Origin: a bacterium
GTDB lineage: Bacteria > Patescibacteriota > Minisyncoccia > UBA6257 > GWB1-50-10
Length of the DNA stretch: 64,000 nt
Assembly (NCBI GenBank): GCA_021814165.1
Contig: JAKAIX010000002.1
Coordinates: forward strand, 136,501 to 200,500
Direction of reading: 5' to 3'
Positions 45,608-55,177 of this stretch are shown piece after piece. The position numbers were made by a program, and so were the translations under genes. Every line of letters starts with the position of its first letter. The first letter of the stretch is position 1. The notes under the pieces were generated by a model. That model was not told the DNA's origin. It did no database searches and worked only from the letters and a program-made list of their open reading frames with translations.

Positions 45608-48013
45608 GTGTTTAAAAAGATAAAAACGAAATTTATAGTAGCGGGAGCCGCGCTCGCATCGTTCGTGGCGCTCGCACCGAGTGCTCATGCGAGCGAGGCG
45701 GACCTTCTGCTCCCCGATCTGAAATCGGTCTCGTTTCTCGGCATGACCGGCCACGGACTCCTGCTCGCCGGCATCGTGATGTGTCTTTTGGGAATGCTCT
45801 TCGGGCTTGTGATGTTTATGAAGACGAAGAGGCTCCCGGTACATCGCGCGATGAAGGAGGTTTCGGAGCTTATTTATGAAACCTGCAAAACCTATCTCAT
45901 CACGCAGGGAAAGTTTCTAATAATCCTTGAGGCGTTTATCGGCATTATTATTATCGTTTATTTCGGGCTGCTTCAGCACTTCGAAGCGATCAAGGTAATC
46001 GTCATTCTTCTCTTCAGCATACTGGGCATCCTGGGAAGCTACAGCGTGGCGTGGTTCGGCATCCGTATCAATACATTCGCTAATTCGCGAACGGCGTTTG
46101 CGGGACTCAAGGGAAAACCCTTTCCGACGTACGAAATTCCGATGCGGGCGGGGATGAGCGTAGGGACTCTTCTCATCAGCACGGAGCTCTTGGCGATGCT
46201 CGCAATTCTTCTCTTTATACCCGGCGACTACGCGGGTCCGTGCTTTATCGGGTTCGCGATCGGTGAGTCTTTGGGCGCTGCGGCGCTTCGCGTGGCAGGC
46301 GGCATCTTTACGAAGATTGCGGACATCGGTTCCGACTTGATGAAAATCGTATTTAAAATAAAAGAGGACGACGCGCGGAATCCGGGCGTCATCGCGGACT
46401 GCACGGGAGACAACGCGGGAGACTCGGTAGGACCCACCGCCGACGGATTCGAAACCTACGGCGTGACGGGCGTAGCGCTCATCACTTTTATTCTCCTCGC
46501 GGTGGCAAGCGCGATTACGCAAGTCCAGCTTCTCGTGTGGATTTTTGCGATGCGTATCATGATGATCGTAACAAGCATCCTTTCGTACGCGCTGAACGAG
46601 ACATTTGCGCGATCGAAATACAAAACGGTTGATAAAATGAACTTCGAAACGCCGCTTACGACTTTAATCTGGCTTACGTCATTTATCTCGATCGGTATCA
46701 CCTATCTCACATCATATCTTCTGATCCCCGGCGTGGGTGACGGATCACTCTGGTGGAAACTCGCGACGATCATCAGCTGCGGCACGCTCGCGGGCGCTCT
46801 GATTCCCGAGCTTGTAAAAGTGTTTACTTCGACGAAATCAACGCACGTGAAGGAAATTTTAAGTTCATCCCGCGAAGGAGGAGCGTCCCTGAATATCCTC
46901 TCGGGGCTTACCGCCGGCAATTTCAGCGCGTACTGGATCGGACTCGCGATCATCGCGCTCATGGGAGTCGCGTTCGGCGTGAGCACACTTGGGTTGGGCG
47001 AACTTATGATTGCGCCATCCGTCTTCGCATTCGGTCTCGTGGCGTTCGGGTTCTTGGGACTCGGGCCCGTTACGATCGCGGTTGACTCGTACGGTCCCGT
47101 GACGGACAACGCCCAGTCGGTCTACGAGCTTTCGATGATCGAAACGCTTCCGAACATCAAGGAAGAGATCAAAAAAGATTACGGATTCGAACCCGATTTT
47201 GAACGGGCGAAAGAATATCTCGAAGAGAACGACGGCGCGGGGAACACCTTTAAGGCGACCGCGAAGCCGGTATTGATAGGTACGGCGGTCGTAGGTGCGA
47301 CGACCCTGATTTTCTCGATTATCATGCTTCTCACGGAAGGACTGAAGCCGGAGCTTGTAAGCAACCTTTCGCTTCTGAACCCGCTTTTTCTCCTGGGACT
47401 TATTACCGGAGGCGCGATTATCTACTGGTTCAGCGGCGCCTCGATGCAGGCGGTCGTGACCGGATCATACCGTGCGGTTGCGTTCATTAAGGAAAAGATA
47501 AAACTCGACGGAAGCTCCGAAAAGGCGTCCATTGAGGACTCGAAGCGGGTGGTAGAAATCTGCACGCAGTTTGCACAAAAGGGGATGTTTAACATCTTCC
47601 TTGTGGTATTTTTCAGCGCGCTTGCCTTTGCCTCGCTCGATCCGTACTTCTTTATCGGATATCTTGTTTCGATTGCAATTTTCGGGCTCTATCAGGCGAT
47701 TTTTATGGCGAACGCGGGGGGCGCATGGGACAACGCGAAGAAGCTCGTGGAAACCGAACTCAAAGAGAAAGGAACCGAGCTTCACGCGGCGACCGTTGTG
47801 GGGGATACGGTAGGAGATCCTTTCAAGGATACCTCGTCCGTCGCTATGAATCCGATCATTAAATTTACGACGCTCTTCGGGCTGCTTGCGGTTGAGCTAG
47901 CGATTACCCTGCCGCGCTCGACGAGCGCAGTCCTCGCGGTTGTCTTTTTCCTGATCTCCACAGTATTCGTCTGGCGCTCGTTCTACACTATGAGAATCAA
48001 GGCGAATAGCTAA
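45608..48013 (+). CDS. hppA: Membrane-bound proton/sodium-translocating pyrophosphatase.
   Basis: GGIFTKIADIGSDLMKI...DCTGDNAGDSVGPTADGFETYGV (the conserved PPase motifs) and about 16 TM helices. Confidence 0.9.
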   Translation: MFKKIKTKFIVAGAALASFVALAPSAHASEADLLLPDLKSVSFLGMTGHGLLLAGIVMCLLGMLFGLVMFMKTKRLPVHRAMKEVSELIYETCKTYLITQGKFLIILEAFIGIIIIVYFGLLQHFEAIKVIVILLFSILGILGSYSVAWFGIRINTFANSRTAFAGLKGKPFPTYEIPMRAGMSVGTLLISTELLAMLAILLFIPGDYAGPCFIGFAIGESLGAAALRVAGGIFTKIADIGSDLMKIVFKIKEDDARNPGVIADCTGDNAGDSVGPTADGFETYGVTGVALITFILLAVASAITQVQLLVWIFAMRIMMIVTSILSYALNETFARSKYKTVDKMNFETPLTTLIWLTSFISIGITYLTSYLLIPGVGDGSLWWKLATIISCGTLAGALIPELVKVFTSTKSTHVKEILSSSREGGASLNILSGLTAGNFSAYWIGLAIIALMGVAFGVSTLGLGELMIAPSVFAFGLVAFGFLGLGPVTIAVDSYGPVTDNAQSVYELSMIETLPNIKEEIKKDYGFEPDFERAKEYLEENDGAGNTFKATAKPVLIGTAVVGATTLIFSIIMLLTEGLKPELVSNLSLLNPLFLLGLITGGAIIYWFSGASMQAVVTGSYRAVAFIKEKIKLDGSSEKASIEDSKRVVEICTQFAQKGMFNIFLVVFFSALAFASLDPYFFIGYLVSIAIFGLYQAIFMANAGGAWDNAKKLVETELKEKGTELHAATVVGDTVGDPFKDTSSVAMNPIIKFTTLFGLLAVELAITLPRSTSAVLAVVFFLISTVFVWRSFYTMRIKANS

Positions 48014-48125
48014 TTATCAGATCGTGTGTTTAGAGGCCCGGCTTCATTTGGGAAGCCGGGCCTCCTTATTTTGAATAAAAATAAACAAGCGCCGATCTCA
48101 AAACTCGAGATGGCGCTTGTTGATG

Positions 48126-48695
48126 TTAAAATTTCGCTTCTACCGCGCGGGATTCAATGCTAAATTCCTTCGTTTCGTATCTCTCTATCCTAACCGCCTT
48201 GAGATCAGAATAGGAAGAGTGTATAGATGTCCACCCATAGCCGAGATATTTCTCCTCTATTCTCGGTAACGGTAGCACCCAATCTCTTACTGGGAACGCA
48301 ACCTTGAGGTTCCCGACACAATCAGTATGAATCATTAGCGTTACATACTTTGTGGTGTCACCGGAATTGGAAAATAATTCGGTGATCATCGGAGGTTCCG
48401 CGATTGCATACCAGCCATCAGCGAGATTCAATCGATTAGCCAACAACTCGAGATTTTCATAAAACGAGACGGTTTTATCACTTGCTTCTCGCTCAGCTTT
48501 TTCAATTGAAGTTTCAACAGAGTTGATAAGAGGAATCACCACAAGGAAACTTATAAATCCGAGACTACTGGCAATTATAGCTCTCTTGTTGCGCGGCATC
48601 TGCTTTTGTGTTGCGACAGCTCCTGCAACCAAGGCCAATGAGGCAAAAAATGATAACGAAAAAATCCATATTAATGGGTCAACGTGGGTGTGCAT
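48126..48695 (-). CDS. Hypothetical membrane-anchored protein of 189 aa, low GC.
   Basis: Two N-terminal TM helices. A/T-ending codons contrast with the flanking hppA and murD. It is bounded by hairpin repeats. Confidence 0.45.
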   Translation of the reverse strand: MHTHVDPLIWIFSLSFFASLALVAGAVATQKQMPRNKRAIIASSLGFISFLVVIPLINSVETSIEKAEREASDKTVSFYENLELLANRLNLADGWYAIAEPPMITELFSNSGDTTKYVTLMIHTDCVGNLKVAFPVRDWVLPLPRIEEKYLGYGWTSIHSSYSDLKAVRIERYETKEFSIESRAVEAKF

Positions 48696-48793
48696 ACATG
48701 CTCCTTTTGAAAAAATTCTGGACGAATTCTACCACTTTTTTGCATTTAGGTCAATCCTCCTCGAAATCCCGTAAAACCTGTATTATTTGATGT

Positions 48794-50350
48794 GTGAAAG
48801 CTCTCGACTTCAAAAATAAAAAGGTGCTTATCATGGGTCTCGGGACGCTCGGCGGAGGAATCGCAAGCGCGAAGTGGTTCGTCTCGCAGGGCGCAAAAGT
48901 AACGGTGACCGACTTGCGTACAGAGAAGAGATTGAAAAATTCTCTTGAAAAGCTCGGGTATTTTAAGAATCGAGATCTTAAGGGGGGCACTATGACGCGT
49001 CATAGTGCGCATAAGGAAGTTGTAGAATTTGTGTTGGGGAGGCATAGGGTTCAAGATTTTAAAAATAACGATATTATCGTCGTGAACCCCGCCGTACCGC
49101 GGGAGAGTAAGTATCTCGCAATAGCGAGAGAAGAGGGGAAAGTTATTGTGAACGACGCGAGAGTATTTTTCGATTCGGCACGGAATCCGATTATTTCCGT
49201 AACCGGTACAAGGGGAAAAACCACTACTACAAACTGGATTGCGCATTTCCTGAAATCGAAGTATCCGGATACGATCGCGGGAGGCAACTCGTCGAAGGAA
49301 GCCCTCCTCTCTCTTGTCGAAAAACTGAAAAACAAAAGAGCGCCCGTCGTAGTTGAGCTTTCCTCATGGCAGCTTGAACTTTTAGATAAATCGTCTCGTG
49401 GCCCCGATGTGGCGGTCATTACCAATATCTACCCCGACCATCTGAATCGTTATAAGAACATTCGGGACTACGCCTCGGCGAAGGCAAATATTTTTTCAAA
49501 CCAGACGAGATCGCAAAAGCTCGTTCTGAATCTCGATAATCCGTGGACGAAGTTCTTTCTCTCGAAAAAACCAAAGGCGAGAGCGTACTTCTTTTCCCTG
49601 AAACCGCTTTCAAAAGGTAAGCAGGGGATATTTGTTTCGAACGATCGCGTGATCTTGAAAATCGGCAGGCAGGAAAAAATTGTCCTTGGAGAAAAAGAAT
49701 TTAAGATATTACGGACCAGGGGAGAACACAATGTGCAGAACTTCCTCGCGGCGTCGCTCGCGGCGTCGCTTATGGGGATTTCGAATGATGCGATACGAAA
49801 GAGAGCGAGAACGCTTCCCGAAATCCGGTACCGGGAGGAAATCGTGTTTAGGGAAAAAAAACTCCTCGTGGTAAACGATTCGGCAGGCACCTCTCCCGAT
49901 GCGGTAATCGCGGCGATCAGGCGTTTTAAAAACCGGGGAGATTTGATATTAATTACCGGCGGTACGGACAAGAATCTTGAATTCAGTCCGCTCGCGAGGG
50001 AAATAAAGAAGACGCTGAAACCCAAGCAGGTATTTTTTTTGAATGGCAGCGCAACAAAGAAACTGATTAAAGAATTGAGAGCGCTTCGATACTTCCCGAA
50101 AACTGGTCCAAGGATTTTCGAAAGCCTACCCGAAATCTTGAAGGGAATCAGGGATAGAGAATTAGGTATTAAAAAACGGGAATCAGGAATTAGCCTGCCT
50201 GCGCAGGCAGGGAATCAGGAATTAGGGACGCGATTTGTAATTCTTTTCAGCCCGGGGGCGGCGAGCTTTGAAAAGTTCAAAAACGAATTCGACAGAGGTG
50301 AGAAGTTTGATATATACTTGAAGAAACTTTTCGAGGTGGGTGGTGTTTAA
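48794..50350 (+). CDS. murD: UDP-N-acetylmuramoyl-L-alanine--D-glutamate ligase.
   Basis: N-terminal Rossmann MKALDFKNKKVLIMGLGTLGGGIASAKWF, the Mur ligase P-loop VTGTRGKTTTTNWIAHFL, and the C-terminus FSPGAASFEKFKNEFDRGEKF. It carries in-frame repeat insertions. Confidence 0.8.
   Translation: MKALDFKNKKVLIMGLGTLGGGIASAKWFVSQGAKVTVTDLRTEKRLKNSLEKLGYFKNRDLKGGTMTRHSAHKEVVEFVLGRHRVQDFKNNDIIVVNPAVPRESKYLAIAREEGKVIVNDARVFFDSARNPIISVTGTRGKTTTTNWIAHFLKSKYPDTIAGGNSSKEALLSLVEKLKNKRAPVVVELSSWQLELLDKSSRGPDVAVITNIYPDHLNRYKNIRDYASAKANIFSNQTRSQKLVLNLDNPWTKFFLSKKPKARAYFFSLKPLSKGKQGIFVSNDRVILKIGRQEKIVLGEKEFKILRTRGEHNVQNFLAASLAASLMGISNDAIRKRARTLPEIRYREEIVFREKKLLVVNDSAGTSPDAVIAAIRRFKNRGDLILITGGTDKNLEFSPLAREIKKTLKPKQVFFLNGSATKKLIKELRALRYFPKTGPRIFESLPEILKGIRDRELGIKKRESGISLPAQAGNQELGTRFVILFSPGAASFEKFKNEFDRGEKFDIYLKKLFEVGGV
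50180..50225. repeat. 18-nt palindrome CCTGCCTGCGCAGGCAGG inside murD, flanked by a 14-nt direct repeat (gaatcaggaattag).
   Basis: gaatcaggaattag-CCTGCCTGCGCAGGCAGG-gaatcaggaattag. It translates in-frame as SGISLPAQAGNQELG. Confidence 0.8.
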
Positions 50351-50498
50351 CAAATTAAAAAGTTTCTTAGGAAGACCCAGAAGGAGCACAAACCACGATT
50401 GGTGGAAAATGTTCTATTTGGGCATTATGAAATTCCCCTCGCTCTAATTGAGGAGTACAAAAACCCCGTTGGCAGTATTTGCAACGGGGTGAAGCTTT

Positions 50499-50978
50499 TT
50501 AGTCAGCTGTCTTTACTTTCAGTTTTTTCGTCTTCTGGCGGTTCAGGCGCGGCATCTTAATGGTGAGCACACCGTTTTTGAGCGTCGCTACCGATTCCTC
50601 CGGATCCACCTCATGGGGAAGAATAATGGACCGTGAGAACGTTCCCCAGAAAAGCTCTTGGTAGAAGTAATCCTTGTCCTCGATTTCTTTCCTCCGTTCC
50701 CGGGTCCCCTTGATTGTTACGGATTCGGTCGTAATGTTTACTTCGAGATCGTCGTCATCGACGCCCGCTACCGTCGATTCGACAACGACATAGTCGCCGT
50801 CCTGATATACGTCCACGGTGAGCGTGCCCTCCCCCTCATCGGCAGGATTGTCCTCCGCGAGATTCTTTTCGGTAACCTTAAGCGGCATGGGTTGGCTTTT
50901 TACCTTCGCAAGCTCGACGAAGATATCTTTTTTTTCTTCTTTTTCCATAGACATAAGAAAAGTATACCACTTTTTCAT
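50499..50978 (-). CDS. Hsp20/alpha-crystallin small heat-shock protein.
   Basis: ACD domain ...LTVDVYQDGDYVVVESTVAGVDDDDLEVNITTESVTIKG...PHEVDPEESVATLKNGVLTIKMPR. Confidence 0.85.
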   Translation of the reverse strand: MKKWYTFLMSMEKEEKKDIFVELAKVKSQPMPLKVTEKNLAEDNPADEGEGTLTVDVYQDGDYVVVESTVAGVDDDDLEVNITTESVTIKGTRERRKEIEDKDYFYQELFWGTFSRSIILPHEVDPEESVATLKNGVLTIKMPRLNRQKTKKLKVKTAD

Positions 50979-51031
50979 TTATCGCTCTACCGCGGATATT
51001 TCCCGATAGCGAGCTTTTCGGGAAATCGCCG

Positions 51032-51730
51032 TTAGGTTTTCTTCAGTTTCTCGAAGTCGGTAAGAATAATAATCGCCGCTATCATAAGGAAGAATGTGGG
51101 ATAAAAGACGTGAGAATTCTGGAACTGATATACAAGAAGATTAAAAACCGCATGGATTGTCGTTGCGAGAAGTATACCGATGCCGATCCGGTGTTCCATG
51201 TGCTCAAAGTGTCCCAGAGCCCAGTAATATCCCAAGGCACCTGAAGCAATCGCGTGGAGAAGCGTCGCGCCGATGAAACGAAGTCCAAGCGTGCTCACCG
51301 CGGTGAAAATTCCGGCAAAACTTGCGAGAGGAAGATTGCTCCAGGTGATGAAAAAATTCTCCACCGTCGCGAACCCGAGCGCCGCGACGATCATGTATAT
51401 CATCGCGTCGACCGGCTCGTTAAACGCCTTATTGTGCCCCACCGCGAGGTGCGCGGCCGTGAATTTGAATATCTCCTCGATAAACGCAAGTCCTATTACG
51501 GTAAACAGCAGATTATTAATCGAGGGGGAAAGAACATTTTGAAAAAGAAGCTGAAGCGAGAGTACCGGTATGCTGATAAGGGCGCCCGCAAAAAACGTCT
51601 TTACGACGAGCGTCTTCGGTTCCGGGTGGTCGTCCTCTTTCAGGAAGAAAATGAGCCACACGATTGCGGGAATCGCGGAAAGGATAAATATGACGAGAAA
51701 GTGAAGAAAGGAATCCATGTAGCTCTTCAC
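51032..51730 (-). CDS. PrsW-family intramembrane metalloprotease-like protein.
   Basis: The PrsW motifs E-E-x-x-K (FIEEIFKF), EP (DDHPEPK) and the His region (HAIASGALGYYW), with about 7 TM helices. Confidence 0.5.
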   Translation of the reverse strand: MKSYMDSFLHFLVIFILSAIPAIVWLIFFLKEDDHPEPKTLVVKTFFAGALISIPVLSLQLLFQNVLSPSINNLLFTVIGLAFIEEIFKFTAAHLAVGHNKAFNEPVDAMIYMIVAALGFATVENFFITWSNLPLASFAGIFTAVSTLGLRFIGATLLHAIASGALGYYWALGHFEHMEHRIGIGILLATTIHAVFNLLVYQFQNSHVFYPTFFLMIAAIIILTDFEKLKKT

Positions 51731-51753
51731 TCATTATACACCAGGGAAGACCC

Positions 51754-54000
51754 CTACCACTTCTCGATCATAAGGAGTGATGACGTGTCGGGGAATTCCC
51801 GATAGATTGTTTCGGTGATGAAAGGAAGAAAGGGATGAAGCAGCTTCAATGATTCTCTGAGCGTATAAAAAAGGATCGCCTGCGTATTTTTCTTGAGTTT
51901 TTCGTCTTCCATCTGTTTTTTGGATATCTCGAGATACCGATCGCAGAACTCGTGCCAGAAGAAGTCATAGAGTTCATGGAGCGCTCTTGAAAACTGGAAC
52001 GACTCGATGTATTTCCCCGTGTTCTTTTTCGTTTTTTCGAGCGCTTTCAATATCTTTGTGTCCGCCTTTGTTTTTGCGGTTGGTTTCTTGTTCAAATTCG
52101 CGGACTTCAGATCTTTCGTTTGTTCCAGAACAAACCGGCTCGCGTTCCAGATTTTGTTGGTAAACTTTCTTCCTGCAATGACAGCCGCCTCGTCCCATCG
52201 GATGTCCTGTCCCGATGCCTGCCAGATGACGGCAAACCTTGTTGCGTCCGCGCCGTATTCGTCAACATACTTCAGGGGATCGATCCCCGTTCCGAGCGAT
52301 TTTGACATCCGTTTCCCGTCCTTTGTAAGCACCGTTCCGTGAATAAGCACGTTCCGGAAGGGGATATTTCCCATAAACTCGAGTCCGGAGAAAATCATGC
52401 GCGTATCCCAGAGATTCAGGATTTCGCGCGCATTCGAGACGAGATTTCCGGGATAGTATTTCTTCCGATCCTCTTTCGAAAGTCCCGCGAAAGGCCAGAG
52501 CGCAGATGAAAACCAGGTATCCAGAACGTCAGGCGATTGCTCCATGTCACATTTTTTACAGAACGGACACGTCTTCGGCTTTTCTTTTGCCACAACAAAT
52601 CCTCCCGTGTTTTGAGTTTCGTTTTCAGAATTTCGCGTTTGTTTATCATTTGGAATTTGGAATTTGGAATTTGCTTCCTGTTTATTTTTACAAAAATAAA
52701 CAGGAAGCTGGTGCCCCCACCAAATCTGTCTCGAAATCGTCCAGTCCTTGATATTCGAAAGCCACGAGCCATATGTTTTTTCGAAATTTTTCGGTTGAAT
52801 AATCACCTTTTTCTTCTTCACAACATCCAGCGCCTCTTTCGCGAGTCGCTCCATCTTCAAAAACCACTGTGTCGAGGGGATCGGTTCGATCGCGTGTCCG
52901 CAACGGTAGCACACCGCAAGGTTGTGCCCATATGACTCTTCTTTTTCGAGAAGCCCGACCGTCTTCAGATCTTCCACAATCTTCTTTCGTGCATCCTCCG
53001 TTTTCATCCCCGCATACTTTCCAGCCTTCTCGTTCATTCTTCCGCGTTCGTCGATCACCTGCACGAGCGGCAGGTCGTGCCGATTGCCGATCTCGAAGTC
53101 GGTCAGGTCGTGCGCGGGGGTAACCTTTACCGCGCCCGTACCGAATTCCCTGTCAACGGCTTCATCGGCGACCACGGCAATCTTATTTTTCTTTTTTACG
53201 GGCGTGTCGAGCGAACCGTCCACCGAGAGCGACTCGATTTCGAGTTCTTTCCCGACATACTGTTTATACTTGGGGTCGCGCGGGTGAACCGCAATTCCCG
53301 TATCGCCGAACTTCGTCTCGGGACGAGTCGTCGCAAGCGTGAAAGGGCCGTATTTGATGTAGTAGAGCGTCGTCTGTTCCTCCTTATACTCAAGTTCGAG
53401 ATCCGACAAACTTGTCTGGCATCGCGGACACCAGTTTACGGTGCGGAGACCGCGGTAGAGCATACCCTTCTCGTAGTAGTGAATAAACGCGTCGATAACA
53501 TCCGCGGCATAAGCATCGTCCATCGTGAAGCGCGCGCGCGACCAGTCGGCCGAGAGCCCGAGTTTTTTAAGTTGTTCCAGGATCTTCCCGCCGTACTCCT
53601 TCTTCCATTCCCATACGCGCTCGATGAACTTCTCCCGTCCCAGATCGAAACGCGTTTTACCTTCTTTCTTCAACTGTTTTTCGACGACATACTGTGTCGC
53701 AATGCCCGCATGGTCCGTACCGGGAAACCAGAGCGTTCGTACTCCTTTCATTCGGTAATACCGAATGAGAATATCAGGAGTCGTGTTATCCAAGGCATGT
53801 CCCATATGAAGCGTTCCCGTGACGTTCGGGAGGGGCATGTACACAACATAATTTTCAATTTTCAATTTCCGATTTCCAATTTTGCGAATAGGAAGATTGT
53901 CCGGATTGAAATAGCCGGATTTTTCCCATAGGTCATAGATTTCCGATTCGGTTTGTTTTGGATCGTAGGGTTTCGAAAAATCAGCGCCCATAGCCCACAT
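51754..54000 (-). CDS. valS: Valyl-tRNA synthetase, compact and without a long C-terminal coiled coil.
   Basis: MPLPNVTGTLHMGHALDNTTPDILIRYYRMKGVRTLWFPGTDHAGIATQ aligns with ValRS. The KMSKS motif is present (RMSKSLGTG). It carries two in-frame repeat insertions. Confidence 0.85.
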   Translation of the reverse strand: MWAMGADFSKPYDPKQTESEIYDLWEKSGYFNPDNLPIRKIGNRKLKIENYVVYMPLPNVTGTLHMGHALDNTTPDILIRYYRMKGVRTLWFPGTDHAGIATQYVVEKQLKKEGKTRFDLGREKFIERVWEWKKEYGGKILEQLKKLGLSADWSRARFTMDDAYAADVIDAFIHYYEKGMLYRGLRTVNWCPRCQTSLSDLELEYKEEQTTLYYIKYGPFTLATTRPETKFGDTGIAVHPRDPKYKQYVGKELEIESLSVDGSLDTPVKKKNKIAVVADEAVDREFGTGAVKVTPAHDLTDFEIGNRHDLPLVQVIDERGRMNEKAGKYAGMKTEDARKKIVEDLKTVGLLEKEESYGHNLAVCYRCGHAIEPIPSTQWFLKMERLAKEALDVVKKKKVIIQPKNFEKTYGSWLSNIKDWTISRQIWWGHQLPVYFCKNKQEANSKFQIPNDKQTRNSENETQNTGGFVVAKEKPKTCPFCKKCDMEQSPDVLDTWFSSALWPFAGLSKEDRKKYYPGNLVSNAREILNLWDTRMIFSGLEFMGNIPFRNVLIHGTVLTKDGKRMSKSLGTGIDPLKYVDEYGADATRFAVIWQASGQDIRWDEAAVIAGRKFTNKIWNASRFVLEQTKDLKSANLNKKPTAKTKADTKILKALEKTKKNTGKYIESFQFSRALHELYDFFWHEFCDRYLEISKKQMEDEKLKKNTQAILFYTLRESLKLLHPFLPFITETIYREFPDTSSLLMIEKW
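52651..52708. repeat. Three TGGAATT heptamers plus a perfect 16-17-bp hairpin (gcttcctgtttattttt / aaaaataaacaggaagc) inside valS.
   Basis: catttggaatttggaatttggaatttGCTTCCTGTTTATTTTTacaAAAATAAACAGGAAGCtgg. The minus-strand translation is ...FCKNKQEANSKFQIPNDKQ..., lying between Cys pairs of ValRS. Confidence 0.75.
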
Positions 54001-54043
54001 TATGACGTATTTTCTTCACAAAAGGAAGTAATTTGTTGAGAAA

Positions 54044-55177
54044 CTATAAGTTTAAATTCGCTTGCGCGGTGATCCTTTTATTCTTTTTTCGAAGATAGGA
54101 GATATATCCCGCGACGCCGATCATAACGCCGTTGTCCGTATTGAAGTCCATTGGAGGCGCGATAAAACCAATCCTCATTTTTTTACTCGTAGCTTCCAAC
54201 TTCTCGCGGAGCGAGGCGTTCGCCGCGACGCCGCCGGAAAGAAAGATCGATCTTGCTTCATATTCTTTTGCCGCACGCGTCGCCTTCGTGACGAGCACAT
54301 CGAGCGCCGCTTCTTGAAATGAAGCAGCGACATCCGCTTTCAATTTCCTGGAGGCTGAGCCTCCTACTCGCGGAGGCTCAGCCTCCTTTCTATCTCGCAG
54401 GTAATAAAGTACAGATGTTTTGAGGCCGGAGTAGCTGAAATCATAACTCTTGTCATGAATCATCGGTCGCGGAAATTCAATCGCATGAGAATTTCCTTGT
54501 TTCGCGAGTTTCTGAATTTCCGGACCGCCGGGATAGGGAAGGTCGAGCATTTTTGCGACCTTATCGAACGCCTCGCCGACCGCGTCGTCTCTTGTTTCCC
54601 CGAGTTTCTTCCACTTCGTGAGTGAATCCATCTTTAGAAGTATAGTGTGCCCCCCGCTTACGATAAGCGCAATTGCTGGAAAAAGTTTTCGTTTTGAAAA
54701 TTGAAAATTGTCCTCCGAAGGAGGATCCGCCTCCGGTGGAAAAATTGAAAATTCAGCTTTTTGCTTCAGTAAAAAGCTGTAGAGATGTCCCTCCAGATGG
54801 TTGACGCCGATAAGTTTGAGTTTCGAGTTTTTCTTCTTTAGATTTTTGTACAGCTCTTTTGCAAAATTGACGCCCGTCCAGAGTGCCGGTTCAAGGCCGG
54901 GACCGACAGTGACGGCGATCGCGTCCAATGCGAGGAGGCCCGGCTTCTTACCGGAGGCCGGGCCTCCAACTAATTCCTCAAGTACGACCGGAAGATTCTT
55001 CAGGTGTTCCCGTTTTGCGAGATTCGGTACCACGCCACCCCACGGACGGTGTACTTCAATTTGAGATGAGATTACGTTCCCCAGAATCTTGAATTGCGGC
55101 GCACTAAGCCCCCCCGTCGCTTCGAGTAATGCGAGAGCTGTTTCGTCACAACTGGTCTCTATGGCTAAGATTCTCAT
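54044..55177 (-). CDS. tsaD: tRNA N6-adenosine threonylcarbamoyltransferase TsaD (Kae1/YgjD).
   Basis: MRILAIETSCDETALALLE, the HLEGH metal site, and ...VSGGVAANASLREKL. It carries three in-frame repeat-derived insertions. Confidence 0.9.
   Translation of the reverse strand: MRILAIETSCDETALALLEATGGLSAPQFKILGNVISSQIEVHRPWGGVVPNLAKREHLKNLPVVLEELVGGPASGKKPGLLALDAIAVTVGPGLEPALWTGVNFAKELYKNLKKKNSKLKLIGVNHLEGHLYSFLLKQKAEFSIFPPEADPPSEDNFQFSKRKLFPAIALIVSGGHTILLKMDSLTKWKKLGETRDDAVGEAFDKVAKMLDLPYPGGPEIQKLAKQGNSHAIEFPRPMIHDKSYDFSYSGLKTSVLYYLRDRKEAEPPRVGGSASRKLKADVAASFQEAALDVLVTKATRAAKEYEARSIFLSGGVAANASLREKLEATSKKMRIGFIAPPMDFNTDNGVMIGVAGYISYLRKKNKRITAQANLNL
54350..54386. repeat. GC-rich hairpin repeat (ggaggctgagcctcc-N8-gaggctcagcctcc) embedded in-frame in tsaD.
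   Basis: It is the reverse complement of the intergenic copy at 14251-14289, and encodes EAEPPRVGGSAS inside TsaD. Confidence 0.75.
54688..54754. repeat. AT-rich direct repeat (gaaaattgaaaatt, two copies) flanking a small GC hairpin, in-frame inside tsaD.
   Basis: ttttgaaaattgaaaattg-tCCTCCGAAGGAGGatccgCCTCCGGtgg-aaaaattgaaaattcagc. It encodes EFSIFPPEADPPSEDNFQFSK on the minus strand. Confidence 0.7.
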
